Source: an uncultured Dehalococcoidia bacterium (lineage in GTDB: Bacteria; Chloroflexota; Dehalococcoidia; Lucifugimonadales; UBA826). From it: DNA of 64,000 nt. The position numbers and the translations under genes were made by a program. The notes beneath the pieces were generated by a model. That model saw nothing but the letters and a program-made list of their open reading frames with translations. It made no database searches and had not been told where the DNA came from. The stretch covers positions 5,297 to 69,296 of the forward strand of contig CAZCOH010000005.1 in the NCBI GenBank assembly GCA_964500645.1, read 5' to 3'. Of this stretch, positions 18,969 through 27,878 are shown in pieces; the first letter of the stretch is position 1, and every line of letters starts with the position of its first letter.

Positions 18969-19163
18969 ATGGCTAAGAATAAAATCGAATTAACTATAGA
19001 GATTGAAGACGATCAAGCAGATTGGATCTCAGACAACATTGGAGAATTTGATTTAGCGGATGAATCAAAAGCATTTAGAATACTACTAGACTACGCAATG
19101 GATGAAGTGGAGGCTGACACAGTTTTCTCCCCCAACAACATAAGATGCCGGCATTGCGGATAA
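18969..19163 (+). CDS. hypothetical small acidic protein
   Basis: 64-aa ORF with AGGAG 13 nt upstream. It stops 3 nt before the amidase ATG and ends in CRHCG. I recognise no family. Confidence 0.45.
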   Translation: MAKNKIELTIEIEDDQADWISDNIGEFDLADESKAFRILLDYAMDEVEADTVFSPNNIRCRHCG

Positions 19164-19166
19164 GTC

Positions 19167-20573
19167 ATGGGAAATTTGGATTTCAAATTCACATCAATAG
19201 ACGAACTCGGTCAGGGTTTTCGTGAAAACAAATACACTCCAATAGAAGTCGTTCGTTATTTTTTAAAACAAATCGATAAATATGACTCAGAATTAAAAAG
19301 TTACGCAACGGTTATGGAAGTTTCAGCTCTCGGAGCTGCCGAAATTGCCACCAATGAGATTGCAAACGGTAAATACCGGGGTCCCATGCATGGCATACCA
19401 ATAGCTGTTAAGGATCTCTGCTATACAAAAGGCGTTAAAACGATGGGGGGAACTGCCGTCCTTCAGAATTTTATTCCAGATTATGATTCAACGGTTGTCT
19501 CCAATTTGAAGCAAGCGGGAGCAATAATTTTAGGTAAATTAAACTTGACTGAAGGGGCTATGGGCGGTTACAACCCAAAAAGAGACATACCTCGTAATCC
19601 TTGGGCCAGTGACAGATGGCCAGGGTCCTCATCAAGCGGGTCAGGTGCCGCAACAGCGAAAGGTCTTTGCGTGGCTTCGCTAGGGAGCGATACTGGGGGA
19701 TCTATCAGATTTCCTTCTGCTTCCTGCGGAATCGTGGGCATAAAACCAACTTATGGCCGGGTTAGTAGACACGGAGTAATGGATTTGGCTGAATCCCTTG
19801 ACCACGTAGGTCCTATGACAAGCAGTGTAATTGACGGAGTTCATGTGCTAAATGCTATATCGGGAAAAGACTGCAACGACTTTACCAGCCTCTCTTCAAA
19901 ACCTCTTAGCCCAGAATACATTTCGAATATAGATCTTTCTGACTTCACATTAGGCTACGATGAAACCTACGCATCGAAGGGGGTTAATCCTGATTTAGCC
20001 CATATGGTCAAGGAAACACTGGAAGTCTTTGCGTTAAACGGGGCTAAAATTCGAGAGATTAAAATGCCTGATGAAATCGATAGCTTTTTACCAGCTTGGA
20101 AAACAATTTGCACAGCGGAAGCTTACCACGCACATCGTGATTTCTTTCCCGAGAAATCGGATGAATATGGACCCTGGTTTCGATCTTGGCTGTCTGACGG
20201 TCAAAAGGTCTCTACAGAACAATATTTGATGGCATCGATCAAGAGGCGGGAATGCAACGCATTAATCAAAAATGCCATGGTGGATGTCGATGCGGTCATC
20301 TCGCCAGCCATGATTAATTTCCCACACTACGTGGACGACTCTATTGGTTACGGACCAATGGACGATAGACGTGGAACTGCCTTTCAAAGATTTACTGTTC
20401 CATTTGATTACAATGGATATCCCACTGTAAATCTCCCCTGTGGATTTAGCCCTGAAGGACTTCCGGGAAGTGTCCAAATTATAGGCAAACCCTTCAGTGA
20501 GGAGGGTATATCTAGGATTGCTAATGCTTTTGAGCAATCCACCGACTGGAAAAATAAGCATCCTATGGATTAA
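19167..20573 (+). CDS. amidase (amidase-signature family, GatA-like)
   Basis: 468-aa ORF. The AS signature is GGTAV...PGSSSSGSGAATAKGLCVASLGSDTGGSIRFPSASCGIVGIKPTYGRVS. Confidence 0.9.
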   Translation: MGNLDFKFTSIDELGQGFRENKYTPIEVVRYFLKQIDKYDSELKSYATVMEVSALGAAEIATNEIANGKYRGPMHGIPIAVKDLCYTKGVKTMGGTAVLQNFIPDYDSTVVSNLKQAGAIILGKLNLTEGAMGGYNPKRDIPRNPWASDRWPGSSSSGSGAATAKGLCVASLGSDTGGSIRFPSASCGIVGIKPTYGRVSRHGVMDLAESLDHVGPMTSSVIDGVHVLNAISGKDCNDFTSLSSKPLSPEYISNIDLSDFTLGYDETYASKGVNPDLAHMVKETLEVFALNGAKIREIKMPDEIDSFLPAWKTICTAEAYHAHRDFFPEKSDEYGPWFRSWLSDGQKVSTEQYLMASIKRRECNALIKNAMVDVDAVISPAMINFPHYVDDSIGYGPMDDRRGTAFQRFTVPFDYNGYPTVNLPCGFSPEGLPGSVQIIGKPFSEEGISRIANAFEQSTDWKNKHPMD

Positions 20574-20737
20574 AATGCATAGGTTGGCGTACTTGGAAAT
20601 TTAGTTGACTGAGAGCGCCAAGGTCAAATAATATTCAAGTCGAAGTTATATAGATGATTTGCTTCAGTATAGGTGGATATTTAGCATCGAGGCTAAGCGC
20701 TATCTGAAACGCTCTACAAAAAACAACAAAAAGTTGG

Positions 20738-23281
20738 ATGGAATCGATGCCAAAAGTAAGTAATATATCACTAAGCCCAGTAATTGAAACATCAGAAATA
20801 GCACTCCCGGACTATGACAGGGAGAAGATGGATGATGTTGCTTATATGACCGCCATGACTTTAGTTCTGATGGGCAATTATTGCCAAACAGGCCATTTTG
20901 GCGGGCCTCTTGCTTACACCCCATACACGGTGGCCACCCATTTGATTGGGCCAGAGCTCGGGGGACTGAAATATGATTACAGGCGGCCCAAGCACCCTTT
21001 TTCCGACAAGTTTTTATTAGCCGGAGGCCACAATGCTCCTGTGACATACGCCTTATGGATGGTATTAGGAGAGGCTCTTCACCGAACCCATTTGTCCACC
21101 GGAAATGATAAATACAGTATGGATCCAAATGCTGGACTACTTTCAATCGACGCCCTCGGATTCAGAAGGGGTAAAGAGGGTTTAGAAACAATCTTGGAGG
21201 AAAACGATTTAACAGACCATCCGATCCTGGCTCAGGCCAAGATTAGAGGGATCAGAGCGTTATCAGGACATTCAGAAAGTACTGATGTCACTAACGATGT
21301 AAATGGAGGACCTTCTGGCATAGGAATTGCAACAGCCGCCGGTAAGGCAGCATTTTGGGAACTGATTGGTGCTCAGGATTCCCCTAAGATAGTTGCAGTA
21401 GAAGGTGAATTCGCCATGACGTCGGGTCACTCGCAAGAGATGAAAACACAGGCCGTGGCACAGCAGGTCGGTAAGAGACTACGTATTTTGCTTTCATACA
21501 ACAATGCTGGAATAGACGATGAGTTAGTCGGAGGAGTAATTCAGCCACAATTTAAGTCCTACAAGATCGAAGATCAATGGAGTTCCTATGGCTGGAACGT
21601 GTTCACTCTCGATAATGCTAATGACATGGACCAGGTGGTTGGTGTTTTGAAGGCAATGGAAGACTGGGACGAAACTGATCGTAGGCCAATGATCGTAATC
21701 GGAAACACAACGAAAGGTTGGTGGCCGGGATCTATTGATGGTTCTATCCCAGGTTATGGCGACCAGATTACCAGTTACAAGAGTCATCCCTACACATTCG
21801 CAATGAATTCTGAATATTTTGTTGCATTGGCAAAGACATTTGAAAATAAGTATGGCGTTAAATTCGTCGGAATAGAAGACGGACCAGTCACAGATGAAAA
21901 GGAACGAATTCTTCAATATAAGCAGAATATCGACGTACTTATGTCTGTCTTGGAAAAAAATGAACTTGGGAAGTGGATCAGCGATAGACTGGTGCAAATT
22001 GGAGACACGGTTGTAGAAGATAAAAATATTCGCCTAGACACGACTAGGGATCCATTTTTGGATGAAAGACTAGACCCTAAAAATGCTCCCCATGAGCCAG
22101 TCACTGTCTCTATTGAAAACTCTATTACAGGAGAAACTAAAGAAGTTGACATCAAACTTTTTGAAAAACCTGGAGTTGCTCTCGGAAGCAGGAGGGCTAT
22201 ATCGGAAATCACTAAATGGGTTAACTATGTCACAGATAATCGCTTAGTTTTATTAGCCGCTGACTTAGCAGACTCTATTAATGTGGAAAAAGGGGCACTC
22301 TGGGGTGAATTTGACCCGGTTAAAAATCCCGTTGGTAATCGACTAAGGTCAGCAATCCAAGAGGCCGGTAACGTATCGACAGCAATCGGGCTTATAAGCC
22401 AAAGCGCATCATTAGACCCTGACAAACATTCAGGGGTATGGGCTTTAAGCGGGACCTATGGTGCATTCACACCTCTTATGTATCTGCCCGTACGTATATG
22501 GAGCCAACAAAACCAGGATAGTCCGTTCCGCTTGGGCGTCTTAAATGTCCTGGCTGGTCATTCAGGGCCTGAAACCGCGGCTGATGCAAGAACTCACTTC
22601 GGGATATTTTCCCCTCAAGTCTGGAAATTATTTCCCCGAGAACAAATAATCAATCTGAGTTTCTGGGACTATAATGACGTCACTCCTGGTTATCTTGCGG
22701 CGGCCAACATCGCCGCAAAAGATCCTAAGGTAGGTGTGATTGTGCTTGAGGTGGCTAGGCCAGATTTCCCCGTAGTAGATCGGACAATTTTGGCGGACAG
22801 TGATCCTCTCGCCGCCAGTAAAGGTTTTTATATGATCAGGGATTTTGATGAAAATAGGCCTAAGCAGGGCTATGTTATTGTTCAAGGTTCGTCTTCCACT
22901 AACAATCTTGTTTCTCAGTTGGACCGCATAAATGAGGCAGGGTTGAACGTTAGAATTATTTCAGCGGTCTCAGAGGAATTATTTTCACGGCAGCCACAGG
23001 AATACCGTGATCATGTTCTACCGGATTCTGCGAAATACGACCTCATGGTGATAAGTACAGGAACCAAGAGAATGTGGCCGGTAAGGAACGTGGGACCTTT
23101 AACGGAGGAGTATTCGCTTGTCTCTGACTGGAACGATGAGTGGTTGACAGGAGGTTCTGAATCCGAGGTCTTGAAGGATGCAAAATTGGATCCTGAGTCA
23201 ATTTTCGGAGCTATCAAAAGATTCGCCGGAGATAGGAACGAAAGGGTAAACCGCCAAACTCGATTCCTTGAAGGGTCCTAA
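20738..23281 (+). CDS. transketolase-superfamily thiamine-diphosphate enzyme, atypical long form
   Basis: 847-aa ORF. PP-domain motifs: GHFGGPLAY, FLLAGGHNAPVTYALW, GGPSGIGIATAAGKA, and VEGEFAMTSGHSQEM...YNNAGIDD. Pyr-domain motifs: LLAADLADSINV, AIQEAGNVSTAIGL, AGHSGPETAADARTHFG. A C-terminal domain is present. Confidence 0.75.
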   Translation: MESMPKVSNISLSPVIETSEIALPDYDREKMDDVAYMTAMTLVLMGNYCQTGHFGGPLAYTPYTVATHLIGPELGGLKYDYRRPKHPFSDKFLLAGGHNAPVTYALWMVLGEALHRTHLSTGNDKYSMDPNAGLLSIDALGFRRGKEGLETILEENDLTDHPILAQAKIRGIRALSGHSESTDVTNDVNGGPSGIGIATAAGKAAFWELIGAQDSPKIVAVEGEFAMTSGHSQEMKTQAVAQQVGKRLRILLSYNNAGIDDELVGGVIQPQFKSYKIEDQWSSYGWNVFTLDNANDMDQVVGVLKAMEDWDETDRRPMIVIGNTTKGWWPGSIDGSIPGYGDQITSYKSHPYTFAMNSEYFVALAKTFENKYGVKFVGIEDGPVTDEKERILQYKQNIDVLMSVLEKNELGKWISDRLVQIGDTVVEDKNIRLDTTRDPFLDERLDPKNAPHEPVTVSIENSITGETKEVDIKLFEKPGVALGSRRAISEITKWVNYVTDNRLVLLAADLADSINVEKGALWGEFDPVKNPVGNRLRSAIQEAGNVSTAIGLISQSASLDPDKHSGVWALSGTYGAFTPLMYLPVRIWSQQNQDSPFRLGVLNVLAGHSGPETAADARTHFGIFSPQVWKLFPREQIINLSFWDYNDVTPGYLAAANIAAKDPKVGVIVLEVARPDFPVVDRTILADSDPLAASKGFYMIRDFDENRPKQGYVIVQGSSSTNNLVSQLDRINEAGLNVRIISAVSEELFSRQPQEYRDHVLPDSAKYDLMVISTGTKRMWPVRNVGPLTEEYSLVSDWNDEWLTGGSESEVLKDAKLDPESIFGAIKRFAGDRNERVNRQTRFLEGS

Positions 23282-23356
23282 ACCAAATCTAATCAGGAAT
23301 ACTCTCTTGAGATTTGCCAAAACTCCGGATGTATGGGGTTTTCTGTGGAGTGTTAG

Positions 23357-24931
23357 GTGAATTACGACTACGTAATTATGGGTGCAGGTTCAGCCGGTGC
23401 AATCATGGCTGCTCGTCTTTCAGAGGATCCATCCATAAGTGTATTGCTCTTGGATTCGGGACCTCATCACGGAAAGGTTGAAAACCTCCCTGGGAACTTG
23501 AGATATGGATACGGAGTTAGCGGTAGAGATGAGAATTTTTGGTACTCGGACTCTCCCGATGGAAAGATGTTTGTTGCAGATGCAACACCATATCAGCCAC
23601 CCATGCTCGTCCCACGGGGCACCACTTTCGGGGGCTCAAGTTCTGTAAACGCTCAAATCTTTTTGAGGGGAGAACCTGACGATTATGATACTTGGGGAGA
23701 GAACTGGACCACGATTTGGGAATACGAAAACTGCCTACCTTTCTTTAAGAAATTGGAAAACGACCTCGACTTTGGGGGTGATTTTCATGGAAGAAATGGG
23801 CCTATACAGTGTCTGAGGATACCAAGAAGAGAGTGGTCAGCTGACCAAGAGGCTTTCTTTCAAGCCACCAAATCAATAGGGTACCCTGAAACATTGGACC
23901 ATAACGATCCCGACTCCACTGGTGTAGGCCCTCTTCCATTTAACACAGTGGATCGCGTAAGGCAGAGTACTTGGATAACTTACTTGCTGCCAATCCTTCA
24001 TAGACCCAATTTAACTCTAAGACAGAAGACCAAGGTTGTTAAACTCAATATACATGAGAAAACGATATCTTCTATTAGTGTTGAAACCGATGGGAAATCT
24101 GATCAAGTTTTTGGGACTCAATTTATCTTATCAGCTGGGGCAATTGGCTCGCCCCAAATAATGATGTTGTCCGGACTTGGTCCCGCCGGAATCTTGGAAT
24201 CTCTTGGTATTAATCCAGTTTTAGACATACCAGGCGTTGGTAAAAATCTGAGAGATCATCCACAGGTGGCACTAACTTGGAATGTTCACCCTTCTTATAA
24301 ATTTAATACAGAGGCAAGGGCTATACAGGTTGCAATTAGGTACACGGCAACACACTCGGCGTTACGCAATGACATGTTGATACATCCAGTTAGTTTTTCT
24401 CGTTCCAAACGGAACCGAGGGGAAATTTATACAGACGATTTAGAATCTGATCTATGTGTTGGTATGGTCGCATCGATTTACTTAGCGAACGGTCAAGGAG
24501 CTATGAAACTAAGGTCGGCGGATCCAGATATACAACCATATTTGGACTACAACTACCTTACTAATCAATATGATCTGGACAGGTTAAGAGAGTCAGCGCG
24601 CCTTTGTATTGATATCTCAAGATCAGATTTTTATAAAGATATTATTTCTAGTCCTCATAACCCATTTGGGTTTGATACCGATGATGACGATGAAATGAAC
24701 ATTTGGTTACAAAGGAACGTGAGAACGAGTCACCATATATCGGGGACCTGTAAAATGGGACCTCAATCGGACAATATGTCTGTAGTAGATGAGTCTGGGA
24801 AGGTTTATGGACTCTCTAACATACGTGTCGTAGATGCCTCCATTATGCCTGATTGTGTCCGAGCTAACACAAACGTGCCGACTATGATGATTGCTGAAAG
24901 GATCTATGCTCTCATCAAAGATACTTATTAA
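23357..24931 (+). CDS. GMC family oxidoreductase (choline dehydrogenase-like flavoprotein)
   Basis: 524-aa ORF. It has the FAD-binding YDYVIMGAGSAGAIMAARLSEDP and the GMC C-terminal HHISGTCKMG...VVDASIMPDCVRANTN. GTG start. Confidence 0.9.
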   Translation: MNYDYVIMGAGSAGAIMAARLSEDPSISVLLLDSGPHHGKVENLPGNLRYGYGVSGRDENFWYSDSPDGKMFVADATPYQPPMLVPRGTTFGGSSSVNAQIFLRGEPDDYDTWGENWTTIWEYENCLPFFKKLENDLDFGGDFHGRNGPIQCLRIPRREWSADQEAFFQATKSIGYPETLDHNDPDSTGVGPLPFNTVDRVRQSTWITYLLPILHRPNLTLRQKTKVVKLNIHEKTISSISVETDGKSDQVFGTQFILSAGAIGSPQIMMLSGLGPAGILESLGINPVLDIPGVGKNLRDHPQVALTWNVHPSYKFNTEARAIQVAIRYTATHSALRNDMLIHPVSFSRSKRNRGEIYTDDLESDLCVGMVASIYLANGQGAMKLRSADPDIQPYLDYNYLTNQYDLDRLRESARLCIDISRSDFYKDIISSPHNPFGFDTDDDDEMNIWLQRNVRTSHHISGTCKMGPQSDNMSVVDESGKVYGLSNIRVVDASIMPDCVRANTNVPTMMIAERIYALIKDTY

Positions 24932-24932
24932 A

Positions 24933-26075
24933 CTATTCGCTAAATTCCGGTAATATATATTTTCCCCATAACTCGATGGATTCCATCACGGCCTCATGAG
25001 GTACCGTCTCCGTTTGCATCATAACCATCATCTGGTCAATTCCAGTAGCCTCGTGCTTTTTAAGAGCCGCAATGCAGTCATCAGGATCACCAGCTATTAC
25101 AACGCCTCTTTCACATAAAGTGTCTGCATCTAAATCTTCCCAAACCTTATGAGCTATGGCTTCACCACCAGAAAAATCAAGAACATTATCGAATTCTTCT
25201 TCTTCTTGATTTAAATATCTACTAAAATTTTGCCGTAAATGATCTGGCACGCCACCCCATTTCTCTAGCAATTGTGCATATATATCTTTTTGGCCCTGAA
25301 CGTAAGGTCGATCGGGCCCAAAAAAGTTTTTGAGAGATTCCGCTCCCATTTCCCGAGCCTTTCTCCCATCTTCAAGACAAACTCCCAATGTGGAACTAGC
25401 CCATTGATTATTCACAACCTTCCCGACAGGATTAGCCTTATTAATCTCCTCTTTATATTTCTTTACATATGGTTCTAAGGAATCAGGAGCACTGGAACCA
25501 AAAGACAAAACTCCAATCCCTTTTGCCGCTGCAATTTCGTAAGTTGCTGGCTGTAGTGCGGCTACCCATATGGGAGGATGATTTTCTTGATAGGGTTTCG
25601 GAAGTATTTGTCTTTCTGGAACTTGCCAAAATTCACCTTCGTGAGAATACCAATCCGTCGCCCAGATATCAGGAACCATTGACAATGATTCTTCCCACAT
25701 AGCGCGACTATTACGAGGGTCGATACCCATGCCAGTTAATTCATAGGGAGCAGATCGTCCTGTGCCGAAGTCAACCCGACCATCCGATAGATGATCTAAC
25801 ATTGCGACCCTTTCAGCCACCCTGACAGGATGGTGATATGGAAGTATAACTACACCAAGGCCTAATCTTATGTTTTTGGTTCTTTGGCTCAAGGCGCCAT
25901 AAAAAACATCTGGGCAAGGAGAAGCAGAAAATCCTGTCAAAAAATGATGCTCAACAAACCAAACATAGTCAAAGCCAACTTCATCGGCTAAGACACATTG
26001 TTCCATAGTCTCTTTGATGACTAAATGATCATCTAAATAAGGCCTTTGCATTTCGTACTGTAGCGACAATTTCAT
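24933..26075 (-). CDS. LLM-class (luciferase-like) flavin/F420-dependent oxidoreductase
   Basis: 380-aa ORF. VGFDYVWFVEHHF and LDHLSDGRVDFGTGRS are typical of the luciferase-like monooxygenase family. Confidence 0.85.
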   Translation of the reverse strand: MKLSLQYEMQRPYLDDHLVIKETMEQCVLADEVGFDYVWFVEHHFLTGFSASPCPDVFYGALSQRTKNIRLGLGVVILPYHHPVRVAERVAMLDHLSDGRVDFGTGRSAPYELTGMGIDPRNSRAMWEESLSMVPDIWATDWYSHEGEFWQVPERQILPKPYQENHPPIWVAALQPATYEIAAAKGIGVLSFGSSAPDSLEPYVKKYKEEINKANPVGKVVNNQWASSTLGVCLEDGRKAREMGAESLKNFFGPDRPYVQGQKDIYAQLLEKWGGVPDHLRQNFSRYLNQEEEEFDNVLDFSGGEAIAHKVWEDLDADTLCERGVVIAGDPDDCIAALKKHEATGIDQMMVMMQTETVPHEAVMESIELWGKYILPEFSE

Positions 26076-26124
26076 ATCTGTCTCCCCTGTAAGTTAATCA
26101 GAAACAAATCGACATATTAAAAAC

Positions 26125-27690
26125 TTATTTCCCTGTTTGAATAAAGTCTGCAATGCGCTCACCAATAGCCATAACAGTGACGTTGGTATTTGCGCGCACA
26201 CAATCTGGCATTATAGATGCGTCAGCTATCCTAAGAGCACTGACGCCATAGACTTTCCCATACTGATCTACTACAGCATCCGGATCAGTACTAGGACCCA
26301 TTTTTGCGGTACAGGAAACATGATGGCCCGTGCCAACATATGTTTTCATCCATTTATCCAAGCTTTCATCTGTGGCCAGATCAGCATCAGACGGCTCCAA
26401 ACGATGATCTATCAACTTTGACATAGATGGATGGTCTTCAAGTGATACCAACATACGAATACCGTCTCTATATCTTCTTAAGTCTTCTTCGTGATCTAAA
26501 AGATTGTAATCAAGATACGGTTGGTCGTTTTGATCAGAAGAATTTAATTTTAGCTCACCCTTAGAAAGAGCCAAATTAAGGCCCAGTCCCATACCAATTC
26601 CTATGGGTTCCGATCTAACTCCACCTTCCTCTCTGCGTTGGCTTGTCACTGCACTCATGTATACGATCATATCGTTATCCAGAGTCGAACCTTCCGCAGT
26701 ATAGCGCAATAAGACCTGTCCTGAGGGGCCTAGAGGATCCAATGGGACATCTGGCTTAGTAACCCATTTCAAGGGGATCAAAGGATGGTCCCGTAAATTT
26801 TGTCCCACTCCATTTACATCCAGAACACAATTAATTCCAAGTTCCTCCAGGTGTTCCTTGGGCCCAATTCCCGATAGCATGAGCAGCTGAGGTGAGGCAA
26901 TCGCACCCGCACACAATACTATTTCCTCTCCCTGTACAATAAATGTCTCCCCGTCAGAGACAACTTCTAAGCCAGTTGCCTTTAATTCATCAGAGTCTTT
27001 GTCAAACAAAATTCTTTTCACCGAAACATTGGCCCTTAAGGTCATATTTAGGCGTGTACGAGACATGGCAAGATAACCCAATGACGTTGACCATCTTATA
27101 CCTTCAGGATTATTTAATGGTGTAGGACCCACTCCGGCTGTCCCAGGTTCATTTGCATCTGCACAGAATGGGTGTCCCGCGTCAATACATGCTTCCACAA
27201 ATGCCTTAGATCCTGGCAACCATTCATCCTCCTTAAATCTGTGGCAAATAATTGGCCCATTAGAACCATGAAAATCTCCAGGATTTTCCTGAAAAGTCGT
27301 GTCAGTCTCCAACTTATTGTAAAAAGGTAAAATGTTTTGAAAATCCCACTCATCATTGCCCCATTCTGCCCATAAAGCAAAATCGTCCGGGATTGCCCTT
27401 AAAAATATTTGCCCATTAATAGCACTGGATCCCCCAGTGACTTTTCCTCTGGGTATATCTATATCGGCTTCCTCCGTACCACGCGCTCGAAACTGCCAAT
27501 TATGATCACTGGTCCAGATTTCATTAGTAGTTTTATAGCCATATTTAACTTCCTCGGGTAGTTCATCAATATCGGGATAGTCAGGACCCGCTTCTAGTAG
27601 AAGAACTGATTTCGTTGGATCTTCAGATAAACGAGTTGCTATGATCGCTCCAGCTGATCCGGCACCCACTACAATTACATCGTATTTCAT
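26125..27690 (-). CDS. GMC family oxidoreductase (paralogue of 23357..24931)
   Basis: 521-aa ORF with YDVIVVGAGSAGAIIATRLSEDP and HHVSCTAKMG...IADASIMPDCVRANTN. Confidence 0.9.
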   Translation of the reverse strand: MKYDVIVVGAGSAGAIIATRLSEDPTKSVLLLEAGPDYPDIDELPEEVKYGYKTTNEIWTSDHNWQFRARGTEEADIDIPRGKVTGGSSAINGQIFLRAIPDDFALWAEWGNDEWDFQNILPFYNKLETDTTFQENPGDFHGSNGPIICHRFKEDEWLPGSKAFVEACIDAGHPFCADANEPGTAGVGPTPLNNPEGIRWSTSLGYLAMSRTRLNMTLRANVSVKRILFDKDSDELKATGLEVVSDGETFIVQGEEIVLCAGAIASPQLLMLSGIGPKEHLEELGINCVLDVNGVGQNLRDHPLIPLKWVTKPDVPLDPLGPSGQVLLRYTAEGSTLDNDMIVYMSAVTSQRREEGGVRSEPIGIGMGLGLNLALSKGELKLNSSDQNDQPYLDYNLLDHEEDLRRYRDGIRMLVSLEDHPSMSKLIDHRLEPSDADLATDESLDKWMKTYVGTGHHVSCTAKMGPSTDPDAVVDQYGKVYGVSALRIADASIMPDCVRANTNVTVMAIGERIADFIQTGK

Positions 27691-27878
27691 ATATTCCTCT
27701 CTCCAAAAGATACTGATTTAGGAGCAAGCCCCACGCCACCCCACTTAGGCACAAATTTAACACAAATAAATTTAATTACATAAACCATCAAAATAAGTTC
27801 ACCGACCTGGTGGTGGCGGGAACTTACTTGATAGTGGAAATTACGATAAATTTGTGTGCGCTTGTCCAATCGGACATA

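Noticed and set aside
20574-20737. Possible second TPP riboswitch upstream of the ThDP enzyme, prompted by a CTGAGAG string and a TTGGCG...CGCCAA inverted repeat
   Set aside because: The defining ACCTGATCTGGATAATGCCAGCG-type core is absent. A CTGAGA hexamer alone is not evidence.
20700-22885. Several minus-strand ORFs (148, 157, 99, 66 and 85 aa) inside the transketolase-like gene
   Set aside because: All are antisense shadow ORFs within a long gene that has clear family motifs. None has a ribosome-binding site or a recognisable motif.
27687-27869. 60-aa minus-strand ORF in the spacer upstream of the second GMC gene
   Set aside because: It is at the minimum length, has no ribosome-binding site or motif, and overlaps the GMC start. 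The region is better explained as a regulatory spacer.
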